Assembly (NCBI GenBank): GCA_051453625.1
Contig: JBOZIK010000001.1
Location: 31,016,724-31,061,306, forward strand
Direction of reading: 5' to 3'
DNA from: Welwitschia mirabilis
Taxonomy: Eukaryota
Length of the DNA stretch: 44,583 nucleotides
Shown: positions 24,480 to 36,837 of the stretch, in pieces
Layout of the letters: every line of letters starts with the position of its first letter
How positions within the stretch are numbered: position 1 is the first letter of the stretch
Program-made: the position numbers and the translations under genes
The notes under the pieces: model-generated
What the model was told of the DNA's origin: nothing
Databases searched by the model: none
The model's input: the letters and a program-made list of their open reading frames with translations, nothing else

Positions 24480-27400
24480 CTACTTTTATGGAACCCAATG
24501 TAAAAGTGATTGGTTTTTTTATAGTGCACTAGATTTTTAACAATGCAAATTTTTTACTGATGATTAATGAAGAGTCATGTTGCCTTAGTCTATTTAATGT
24601 TCATTACTTCTAATAATTTTCTCAACCATTTTATTTCTCTACATTCTTTAGAAATAGCTATATATTCGACTTCGACAAAAGATCATGCTATAGTTCTTGA
24701 ATGCTTTAATTGCTAAGATAGAGGTAATGTTTCAAAGAACATAATCTACCCTAATGTTGACAATGAGGTATCAATTTAACTAGTTAAATCTAAGTTAAAC
24801 TATGCCTTAAGAATGAATTAAGGGTTTCTTTTATAGGTAATACGTAACTCTTTTGCCTTTTTTAGGTATATCAGTACTCTCTTTATAGTGTTCAGATAAG
24901 TAACCTTGGGCATATAATGATATTTTAATAATACATCAATAACATATGATATGCCTCATCTAGTGATAGTTATATAAATTAGTCTTTCTACTATACTTAT
25001 GTATTCTATTTCATTTGTAGGTTCTAAGTGTTTGTCAATAGATATCTTGACATTTTTCTCTAAAGGCATTATAGCTTCTTTTGCATCTTCTACTCTAAAT
25101 TTTTGGATTAGACCTCTAATGTACTTCTTTTATGTTAAGAGGATTTCATCCTTTTACTAAATAATTTCTACACTTGAGTAGAATCTAACAAATCTAAGAT
25201 CAAAAATCTTAAATTCCTTACTCAATGTGATTTTTATTCATTTTACATCTTATTCATCACTTTGGTTATCAGCATATTATCTACATATAACATTAGGTGC
25301 TTATTAGATTTTTTAAATAATGTGCATTAACATCTTAATAATTACATAATTTAAATTCAATGAGATTTAAATAATTTAAAAGCTTAGTATACTATCCTCT
25401 TCTTAATCAATCTATACATCTTGTGTTCTTTGCGTTTTCTTTAAAACCCTTTGGTTGCATCATGTATATTTCTTCTTTTAAGTCTCCATAGAGAAAGACA
25501 ATCATTATATTGAATTGATAAATCTTCCATCGTTTTTTGTTCCCAAGGCAATTAGTATTATAATGGTAGTCCATTTTGTTGTTAAAGTAAAGCCTTAATT
25601 ATAGTCAAGTCCTTTCTTTTGTCATAGGCCTATAGCAATAAATCAAGCTTTATGTTACTTAAGTGTGTTATTTGTATTATATTTATTATGTAAAATCTAT
25701 TTTTTAGGTAATGTTATGCATCCTAATAGAATTTTTATAAACTTCTAAGTATTATTTTCAATAAGATTATCATATTCTTCTTGCATGACATTTATCCAAT
25801 GATGATGTTGAATAACATTTTTAAATGAGATTGCTTCACCATCAAAATCCAAATGGAGCTTAACATTATCATCATTATGAGATGCATGTTAGCCATGTCT
25901 AGTTCCAAATTTACACTTTTATACATTATGAATATCTTAGAAAGAATATTACAACCAAGTACTTCAATGTTGCCTATAGGTAACCTCAACTTCTTTAGTT
26001 GGAGAACATGCTAAATTGCTACTTGAACCATGATTAAGTATGCATAAAGCATTAAATTATTCAATTCCTATATGTTACAAAGAAGTTGTACTAATACAAA
26101 AAATAAGAGTAAGGTAAGTGGCTACATGCCCTCCTTTAACTATAGGATATTAAGCATCCAAAATAGTTACCGATTTAGAGTAAGGATGAAGCTTTAAAAA
26201 GATCAAGTTGAAAATCATTAATCAACGTCTCTAAAAAGATGATGTCACAAGAAACATTACTCTTATAATGCTTTAGAGATAAACTCAATGACCCTTCTAA
26301 TTAATTGAATATCCCATAAAGATGCTTATATAAGCATGTACTCCAAATTTTTCATAATGTTCCTATGAAACATGAACATAGCACTTATAACTAAATACCA
26401 AAAGTGATGCAATTTTAACTTGAATCCATATCAATTCTTACATGAAAATACTCCTTTTTCAGTATATCAATCGATGTGGTTATTTAGATGTATAGTTGTA
26501 TTTATTAAATCACGTCAAGAATAGGTCTCACACCCACTAAATTACATCATGAAATGTGCCATATCCCTAATTGTGTAATTAAATTATTTAATGATGTTAT
26601 TTTATTAAGATNNNNNNNNNNNNNNNNNNNNNNNNNNNNNNNNNNNNNNNNNNNNNNNNNNNNNNNNNNNNNNNNNNNNNNNNNNNNNNNNNNNNNNNNN
26701 NNNNNNNNNNNAAATCATGTCAAGAATAGGTCTTACACCCACTAAATTACATCATGAAATGTGCCATATCCCTAATTATGTAATTAAATTATTTAATGAT
26801 GTTATTTTATTAAGATTTTTGGAGATAGGGATTTAAATAATAAATTCCTTTAGAAGTAAGAAATTATTTAAATTCAGTAGATGTATACTCATCATCATTA
26901 TTAGAGTGAAAACTCTTAATTATAAAATTGGTTTGCTTTTCTATTTAGAGTTTAAACTTTTTGAAAATTTCCAGAGTCTAAGATTTGAACTTGATAAAAT
27001 ACACTCAAGTCATCCAAGAACAATCATCAATAAAAAGAGATAAAATAATAAAAGCCATGGGAAGTAGAAACTATCATAAGTTCACATAGATCACTATGAA
27101 TAAGTAAAGCTTTTCGATCAACATGCCACTTACTTAATATAAATCACTGTCTAGTTACTTTACCCATTAGACATTCTTTACATTGAGGAAACTTCTATGC
27201 AATAGATGAAAAAGCTAGTGGTCATTCTCATGCATCACATTCATGATGCAAGAAGTATGATGTTCTAGTCGAGGATGCCATAATAGTGAGGAAGAGATCT
27301 CATCTTGGAAAATTATGTAATTGACCTCTTTTATTTTAACACAATCTTAAAGATGAATAAGTTTTCTACCTATGTAGCCTTTTATAACCATTTTTTAATT

Positions 27401-28469
27401 AAAACTATAAATGTTCATTAAGGCTTAGTCATAGAAATTAAGTGATCTTATCACACCAAAGTTGAAATTGATAAAAGATATGGCCTTAAAAAAGGCACAT
27501 ATAGAACATTAGAAAGAGTTTGGTGAGAGAGAGATGTCAAGTCAAGTTAAGGGTAATTAAATCATAGTCTTTTACTAGGATTAGAGTTCTATCTGTTAAA
27601 TAAACCTAACTTAGTGCTATGCCAAAGTCATCAAAATAATCACATTAATAGGTCATATGATGAATAGCATCTATGTCAATAACTTACATATCATCAATAA
27701 GTATGTGATCATTCATACCCATAAAGTCATAGTTATCAAAAATTACATGTGACTCAAACTTTTCATTATTAAGGGATTTATATTTTTCAGTAATTGCATT
27801 GGCATTAGGTGTAGATTTCATCTTGTCTTAAGGTATGCAACAGAGTCTATTATATGACCTTGTCTTTCACATCATGAGTGCTAATATTTATTTTTTTTCA
27901 AAGTAGCAATATGCTAAAATCACTTCTTATTTAGCTGAGTCTAGTTAGGCTTCTTAGCTAGCCATTTTTATGGAGCCTTACACTTTTCATAATGCCTTAG
28001 GTGGATTAGAGCTACTAGAAGATTGCTTATGTTGACAAGGAGGTCCTCAAGAATGATATACTTTGAATACCGCATCAAAGGATAATGAGTGTATGAAGTT
28101 AAATTATGCTTCTATGATAATAATATTCTTACTAAACATGTTAACATTCATATTAGATAGTCACTTATTTTCACAAAGAGGTATAATATAGCTATAAAAA
28201 GATAAATCCTCTAAGCAACAATGAATCAAGTTGGTATAATGAATGCATACTTTATTCATGGAATCTATCTTAGTAACCTTCGCCTTAATATCTATCATTT
28301 GAGCTACATGTTGATGCATTTTTTCCCTTTTATAGTAAATATGGTTTATTCTCATGATGAGATTAATTTGTTCTAGATCATTCTTCACATGAAATTTATC
28401 ATGTAAAGTATAATAGTTAGTATAATTAGATTTGCTTCTATCAACCATTATTTTATGCAAAGTAGCCAT
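24480..28469 (-). pseudogene. Second, older Ty1/Copia gag-pol remnant (LTR pair not identified)
   Basis: gag start MATLHKIMVDR; knuckle remnant CERQGHII (about 27850-27875); protease VIDIDAIHHMTY (about 27650-27685); integrase C-terminus SIFMGYS (about 26310); RT LMLYVDNMLI (about 25268-25298). Confidence 0.85.
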
Positions 28470-30324
28470 TTATTTTTACATTATCTTTGTGAACTTATAA
28501 TTAATGACTTTTCATGCACCTTCTTCATCTAAATTTTAAAAAAAAGTATGCTCTTATTTGAAAAATTCTCTATTAGATTCATAAATGTGCATTATAGATG
28601 TGAAGTCTTCATTTCAATTCTCTCAAATCTGATCATCATATAACATTATCCTAAGGTTTACTATTATTTTAGTAGTTAATATGAACCTAAATCTATTTGA
28701 CAAAATTTAGAATTTGCCTTTTGATAAAGTAGTCATAATAAATTCTAAGAAGATAGAGAGAAGGTTTAACAAGTTATGAGGTGAAGTTGAATTCTTGAGG
28801 GATCTTACTCACATCCACTATTGAAAAGATATCTATCCAGTACAAAAATGAAATTCATTAAAACCTGAAAAAAAACTAGAAAAATTTGAAGACAATGGTA
28901 TAGTTATAAAAAAAAGGGGATCTTCTCTAATCTACAAGTTCAAGTGATCTATCCAAGTTACAATGCAAAGAAAAATAAGTCATAACACAGAGGTATAGTC
29001 ATAATAAAAAGGAATTAATTGCAAAAATACAAGTGATTTATCTAAATCACAATGTATGAAAATCAAGATAAACCACCCAAACTATGAAATACCTACATGC
29101 ATAGGGACAAGCAAAGGTATTTTTTTTAAAACGTTCTTTATGTAAAAAAGGTGAATTTTAATTCAAGGGATCTAATTTAATTATTAGATAATAAAAATAT
29201 AGATTTATCAATTTTAAAGTCTACTCTTGAATCTAGGTAGTGATCACATCCTTTTTAAGGATGGTACTCTAATCTTCTAAGGGAGTAAAAGGATAAAATG
29301 TAAAACATCTTAGTGAGGCATCCAAGCTATCAATTATTTTTGATTAACTTAGCTATATACCTTCTTTAAGAGAGAATAATATGTAATGTCAGTGACCTAC
29401 TCATTCCTTAGACTCAGTAAATTTTATATGGTAATAACATTCAAGTAGATCCTACCACTATGCATCTAGCCTTTATAATATACCTTTGAATACTAAGGCA
29501 TATGCAAGAATCTAGACTTGAGCACCTAGGACATTTCTAGTTAAGATAGACATAACTTTCTGTATAGCCTGAACTTCATACTTAAGGTTGTTAAATACTA
29601 TATACTAAGATTGAAAGATAGCTAGCCTAACATGAATCTTTATCTGTATAAGGCTCCCCATGCCTATTACTAATAAAGACTTATTTTCAGTGAAAATATG
29701 TGATGTCTTTAGGGGTGAGAGATAATTTCCAATTTTTAAACCATAATAATAAAAATTTAAATTTTAAATATAATAAAAAATAAAGAAAAACATCGAAATA
29801 TACACATGAAGATAAGGACTAACTTTGTATAATTTAGCTAAGTGGATCTTACTCAACATTCTAGAGTTATCTTAATCTACCTAAATTACAAAACTTAAGT
29901 CTAACTAAGAGGAAAAATTAAGTTAAGTGGATCATGCTCCATATTTCTAGATTAACTTAATGAGAAATAAATAAGGTTCAAAACTTACAATAATCATGAA
30001 AATTCCCAAAAATATTTGAAAACACCAAATAATTCTTAATAACTGAATTTATGACTTACAAGCATGAAAAATTCCAAAAATTCAAGAAAACATGAAAAAG
30101 ATCAAAAATTGCTCAAAACAGCTAAAAATAAAAAACTATATACATGATACTGAGCTAATGGTTAAGCACTAACTCAGCTAAACTCATGTGGGACAACTAA
30201 GCTAAGACCTAGCAATGAGTTAGCAATTCTACATGTATGCAGAAATCAGAAATAGCTCACATAAAATCATATGTACATATAATATAAAATTTAAAGAGCA
30301 TAAATTTCTTAAAAAATTTCATTT

Positions 30325-30397
30325 TGGCTCCATTAGGAATTAAACTCAAGACTCCCTCTTCATGGATAAGTATCTTAACCATTATGCCAACATCATG
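30325..30397 (-). pseudogene. Degenerate tRNA-like / tRNA-derived sequence
   Basis: Minus strand TGGCATAATGGTTAAG (A-box) ... GAGTTTAATTCC (B-box-like) ... TGGAGCCA, with tRNA-like spacing and a T-run about 8 nt downstream. Acceptor stem does not pair; anticodon unassignable. Confidence 0.5.
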
Positions 30398-31152
30398 TTT
30401 GTGATAATGCACTTCATGAAAATAATTAAAATAACTTTAATAGATGTACTATAAGAACATAATAGATGATACGTGCTAACAGTAGGAAGATGCATAAAAA
30501 CACAAGAGATGGTGAAGTTTTTAGATAAATATAGCATAATGCGACATAAGAAGGTAGCGCCCATGGGCAGAAATGTGAGAAGACATTCACAAAAACTCCT
30601 TCAAGTAGGCATGGTCCTAGGTAGTAGATCTAGTGGGCAAAAAGCTAAGCATGAGTAAAGACTAAGGATCAGTAAATGAATGCTAAGAATATTAGATGAA
30701 AAATAGGTAATCAAGAGTAAGTAGGATATACTAAGAGAAGGAAAGATGTAGCTAAGATAATAGTAGCTAGTAAATAAGTAATGATTAAGGGGTAGTAGCA
30801 TGCAGGATCTCATAACGAACAATGGATCTTGACACAGCTATAGGTATAATGTAGCTAATAAGATAGTAGCTAGCAGGTAGTCAAGGATTGAGAAATGGCA
30901 AAGATAAATGTATCTATAAACCAACATAGCCCTTAGTAGATGCAGTTTAACAACTAGGCTACATGGTTGAGTAATGTTATTCAAAATAATTAGCTAGTGG
31001 TTTGTCAAAGTGAGTTAGTAGACTAGGAGAATCTATAGAAGAAGTATAAATTATAGTTTAGATTTATGCATAGATTACAAGCCAATTTTATGCATAAATT
31101 ACAAGCTAGGATGAAATGTGACAGAGCTACAAGAGATAAAAAATCTCATAAG

Positions 31153-31233
31153 CATGTTGTGAACTAATAGCACACAAGGAATGTTATGCAGCCATGTTGT
31201 GAACTAATAGCACACAAGGAATGTTATGCCGCC
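31153..31233. repeat. 40-bp tandem duplication at an LTR boundary
   Basis: CATGTTGTGAACTAATAGCACACAAGGAATGTTATGC(A/C)GC present twice. Confidence 0.95.
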
Positions 31234-34200
31234 AAATTATATATATTTGATAGGGTATTTTAAGTAGTTTTATAGGATATTAGATAGGTTTATGCTAAGT
31301 TTCAATAATAATGAAGAGCTAAGACAAATGTCACTAAAACATAAAATATTCATTACATTTGACAGTATTTGAAGCAATTTATAATACTTTCTATTTGAAG
31401 CAACAATCCTACAATAAAAGAGGCTAATGTGATATATGAAATACTTTATAAAAATCCATCATCTGCTAATCATCTAGATGATTATATAAATGATAAAATT
31501 ACTTAAGCTAATGAGGATGCATACTAGATTAATCTAATAGCTAATGTGGAACTCATATGATGTGGCATCATCTCCTGTGATGTCTGGATGACTAGTAGGA
31601 TGATACTAAAAACTAAGGCTTCACTAAACTTGACTAAACTCTAGCCATGTGGATTACATATTCTTATGTGGTTGTTAGGATTAATGGTGCATCTATTAGT
31701 ATTTGCTAATTTTAGAGTCTATTTTGTAATAAATAACTTATTTACCTGCAACTCCATTTTTATTATCTTTGGCATAGAAAATTATTTTAATAGGAGATTG
31801 AAGGACATGAGGTCCATTTATTATTATTGCAGAGAGATGTTTTCCTTGTTATTAGGTTGTGTTTCCTTTATTGATGTGTTGCTATCTTACAACATAGATG
31901 TTTGGTTTACTTTAATCAAAAATTTATTTTCCTTTTTATATCTTTTGTTATGTGCATCTTCTTTATGGTTTATGTTGCTTCTGATTCTGTCACAATTTCA
32001 TTGATGATATAGATCATAAGGGCAACCTTTGTAAAGGTTAACATTATTAGTTTAGGTGCATTACATTTCATTTTATAGATTAAATTTACATTGTTTTCAT
32101 ATTTTATTTGATGTACCTAATATATTAGGTTGATTTTGATTTGATGACAGGTTGATTTGGTAATCATACAGAAATTGCATCTAAAATAGAAATTTCATCT
32201 CATTTTCATAGTGTAATTTGCATAGTGTATTTATTTGTGTTGTTATTTTGCATTTTTAATTTATTTTACTTTAAGGTTACATAATTGTTTTATTTTAAAA
32301 TCAATTATCTTTCTCCTCACCTATGCCTTCAATGGGATTATGGCATTTGGATTACTTCCATCTATATTAGTGTGTTATGTTATTCAAAATTTATATATAT
32401 TTGTGATTTACAAGATTTATTTAAGGATATAACATTTGCACAGATACACACCATAACATATTGGCATCATTGTTAGGGAAGGCTATGTGAAATTCAAGGA
32501 TTGTCATTACTCAGGTAAGTACTTTGGATTTCAGTTTAGGTATTTATCTATAGTAGTTTTATATTATTATAGTAGAAACATAGGTTTTATTTCTATAGTT
32601 TTTCATTTTTTTCATTCAAAAAATAATGCTCTATCATCCCCCATCTTGTCCAGATGACCTACAGTGATGATAGCTTATGAAACTTAGGGATTTTTTGCTT
32701 TCATAATAACTTAGGTTTTCATATTGTTTCCTCTATCATTCAGATGACTTAGTGGACAATTTATAGCTTACATTCTATGTTATTTTGGGATTCTGTTTTT
32801 TTGGTGTTTTTTGTTTTTGGTTTTTTTGTGTCTGCTTTCATTCAGATACATCATCTGAATGACCATTAAGGTGTTATGTATAAAAATAGAACTAAGCATG
32901 CTAGGACATGGTAAACTTTGGTAAAAAGATGAAATATTAAAGATAGTGATTGTTGATTAAATAAAACATCCAAGAAGGTTTGGTTGACTATGAACTTAAC
33001 CTAAGTACACACACCCAAAGCACAGAAAATATTTCAAGACTTGAGTAGAATATTTTTTTGCATTTATTATTTTTAAATTCTATTTTTTAAAATAAAAATT
33101 TTCAAAAAATAGTTTATAAGAAAATAATTTTATTACAATGTCAAAGTTTTTTACAAAAAATACAAATAGGTTGCTTCACCTAATCCCCCTATTATGATTG
33201 AAACTTCTACTACTGCTTAAATCCAAATGATAATGTTACTCTTAAAGAACTAATTACAAATAAGAAATGTAAAATACAAAACCTTTTAACCTACCTTCTA
33301 GTGATTATGTCAAAATAAGAAATTTAAATGCTTATCTTGTTTTTAATGAAGAAAATGATAAAGATACCCTCTAACATATAATCAACATCAAACAATTAGT
33401 TCTTACTTCTAGAAATGGTAAAAAACAAATTAGTAATCATACTTACATGGTTATTTTTCCATTACTTTAAAAGGAAAAGAAAAATCATGGTTAATAACTA
33501 CTCCACATAAAAGTTTAAATACATGGACTAAGTTCAAGAAGCATTTATAAAAATATAAATGAGTGAAACAACCATTAAAAAAAAAAAAAAGAAAAAAAGA
33601 GGTAACAAATTATCAACAACAATCTAATAAATATTATGCCTCCATCTATGAATGATTTTTTATTGCAATACATTCTAATCCTATATATGCATTTACTCAA
33701 GAAGAATTAGTAGATTATTGCTATAGTGAAATTAATATCCAAATCAAATAACTTGTGGATTTTTCATGTGAAGGAAATTTAATGAATCTCACATTATAAA
33801 ATACATGGAGATTATTGGAAGAACTAATAAATGTAAGTTAAACATGACCTAAATAAATACTTAAGGAAAATTGTATTGTAAGCTAAATTATAAAATATCT
33901 TAAAGAATAAAACAAGAAAAGGAGGAAGTAAAAATAGAAAAAGAACCAACAAATATCATTAAGGATTTTATAATAATACTAGAAAACTACACTCAAATCA
34001 TCTTAGATGTAAAAGTGGCCACTAAAAAGAGTGTGTTTATATTTTCAACTTGTGATTTATGTGAAGAGAATTATCATGTAATAAAAGAGTGTTCTTTATT
34101 ACCTACTTACAAAGAAAAACTTTATGAAGATATGTGTGCATTCAACCAAAAGTCTTCAAACTTTATAATCCAAAATCAAAATCAAGATCAAAACCAATTT

Positions 34201-36837
34201 TAACCTAGGAATGAATGGACAACCAAATTTCTAATCCTTTGAGATCAAATTTAAGAACTTTCAAGAAAATCATCTAAATTTTCAACCATTTAGAAATAGT
34301 TTTGAGAATGCTAACTTTTAAATAAACAACTCAAACTTCCAAGAAAGTAACACAAATTATCAAGCAAGCACATCAAATTTACAAATCTGAAATGATCCAC
34401 TTAGAAATTCTGTTGATGAGTTAATAAAATCTTAAAAAAAACAAATTCAAACATTGAAAATCTTATTAATATTCTTTAATAAACTATTCCTGCAAATCAA
34501 AAATCATAAGAATCACTTGCAACATAACCTCTACCAAATCCTAATGAAGTAAGAAAAGATTATAGGGTTATGATAAGAAGTGGAAATGATAAAACACCTT
34601 TTACCAATAAGGCTTTAACTTCCCAAAATGACAAGAATGATGAAGAAGAAAAGGATATTAAAATCTTAGAAGATCATACCCTCCCTTCTTCTTTAAATAA
34701 TAATAAGAAAAATTATTCTCAAGATAAGGGTAAGGTACTTGCTACCCCTTGGCCTAATAGATTAAATAATAATTCTACTTTTGATTTGCATCTTAAATCC
34801 TTAATGAAAAATGGAAGTATAAATTTATCATTTTAAAAACTTTTATAATAAAATCCTAAATATTCTAAGTTATAAAAATATCTAATTAAGAGGGAATAAA
34901 ACAAATTATACCTAGTAAAGTATTCCTAGCCCAATCTATAACAACTTAGTTTTATAAAAAAAATTCAAAATTTAAAGATCTAGGGGTAACAATAGTTAAG
35001 ATTATATTAGAAGAAAAATAAAATAATAAAGAAATCCTTAATCAATATAGGAGTAAGTGTTAATATTATGCCTTTACATATTTATCAACAACTTGTTTTG
35101 GAAAGTAGAATTTAGCCTACATGAATTGTCTTAGAATTAAAAGATACATTAGTAGAGAAATCTTTAAGAGTAATCAAAGATTTGCTTATTCAAATGAAGA
35201 AAGCATTCTATCTCATAAATATGGTTGTAATTAAAGTTGAGTATAACAAAGGTTATCCACTACTTTTAAGTAGATATTTTATGAATAGCCCATTACATTA
35301 TCAATATAAGAACTAGAATTATGGAATGTCACTTAGGAAATAAAAAGTTTATCATTAGAGTTTTTAATGCTACTAAAAATGATTTAGATGATGAATTGAA
35401 TATTGAAGGAGAAATTAAGCTAACTTTATTTTTATAGCATCATCCACTTAAAGAAAGATAGTTAATTCTTTATGAACCTATCTTATTTGATAATCCACTT
35501 GAAGTAGAAAACTTGAGAGCTTTCAATAATAATCAACTCAATAATAAGCATTTAGGTATTGACTATTTTGATCAGAAGATTGAAGAAACTAAAAATGTAA
35601 TCTGTAAATAAGTCTGACATCTAAAATAACTAAGATTTCTTATTTTAATTGAGGTCATACATCCTAGTTATTTGGACAACAGTATGAGATGACAATCAAC
35701 TTTGCTAAAAGTTCAAAAAAAAATTAAAAATCTGAATTTAAATTTNNNNNNNNNNNNNNNNNNNNNNNNNNNNNNNNNNNNNNNNNNNNNNNNNNNNNNN
35801 NNNNNNNNNNNNNNNNNNNNNNNNNNNNNNNNNNNNNNNNNNNNNNNNNNNNNNNNNNNNNNNNNNNNNNNNNNNNNNNNNNNNNNNNNNNNNNNNNNNN
35901 NNNNNNNNNNNNNNNNNNNNNNNNNNNNNNNNNNNNNNNNNNNNNNNNNNNNNNNNNNNNNNNNNNNNNNNNNNNNNNNNNNNNNNNNNNNNNNNNNNNN
36001 NNNNNNNNNNNNNNNNNNNNNNNNNNNNNNNNNNNNNNNNNNNNNNNNNNNNNNNNNNNNNNNNNNNNNNNNNNNNNNNNNNNNNNNNNNNNNNNNNNNN
36101 NNNNNNNNNNNNNNNNNNNNNNNNNNNNNNNNNNNNNNNNNNNNNNNNNNNNNNNNNNNNNNNNNNNNNNNNNNNNNNNNNNNNNNNNNNNNNNNNNNNN
36201 NNNNNNNNNNNNNNNNNNNNNNNNNNNNNNNNNNNNNNNNNNNNNNNNNNNNNNNNNNNNNNNNATAAATGAGAATATTTTTCCTTAATAACAATCAATT
36301 TTAATCTCACTTTTAAATTCTAAGATTAATTATTTTGTTAGTCTCATAAAGATTTAATAGCCATTCCTACTTCTATTATTTAACATAAAATCTACCTTGA
36401 GGATAATGCAAAACTTGTTACGTAACTCTAATGTAGACCAAATTAATTTATTAAACAAGTTGTAAAGAATGAAATTATTAAATTAATAATACTAAAATTA
36501 TTTATGCCATATTTGGTAGTGATTGGATTAGCTTTTTAATGGTAGTGCTTAAGAAAGATGAGAAGTGGAGAACATGTAATGATTTTAGAAAACTGAATAA
36601 AGTAACCAAAAAAGACCATTGTCCTTTACCTTTTCTTAATCAGATACTTGATAGAATCCAAGGACATGCCTTTTTATTACTTTTTTAATGGGTATAGTAG
36701 TTATAATTAGGTTCATATTAGTCGTGAGGATTAAGATAAAATAACTTTTACTCAATATTTTAGAACATTTGCTTTTGGCACATGCCTTTTGGACTTTGAA
36801 ATGCTCCTAGTACTTTTTGATGTGTAATGATGGCTAA
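31222..36837 (+). mobile_element. Athila-like Ty3/Gypsy element A, 5' half, interrupted in RT
   Basis: LTR 31222-32458 (TG...CA); PBS TGGCATCATTGTTAGGGA (decayed Athila TGGCGCCGTTGCCGGGGA); then gag, protease and RT in Gypsy order. Confidence 0.85.
33130..36837 (+). pseudogene. Athila-like gag-PR-RT pseudogene
   Basis: gag TLKGKEKSWLITTPHKSLNTW and CDLCEENYHVIKEC; protease IGVSVNIMPLHIYQQL (about 35046-35095); RT HKIYLEDNAK...KKDEKWRTCNDFRKLNKVTKKDHCPLPFLNQILDRIQGH...MPFGL*NAPSTF*CVMMA, which stops before the YxDD motif. Confidence 0.9.

Noticed and set aside
23927-24480. Candidate 3' LTR of the second Copia
   Set aside because: LTR-like composition, but no partner repeat, PBS or TSD found near 28.5-29 kb.
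26505-26815. About 105-bp direct repeat either side of an N-gap
   Set aside because: Near-identical and gap-flanking; most likely a contig overlap or haplotype artefact.
31666-32476. Hydrophobic ORFs resembling membrane proteins
   Set aside because: They lie in a T-rich LTR; compositional artefact.
35702-36310. Long ORFs of 188-193 aa (also those at 11728-12207 and 21225-21749)
   Set aside because: Composed almost entirely of N-gap codons.
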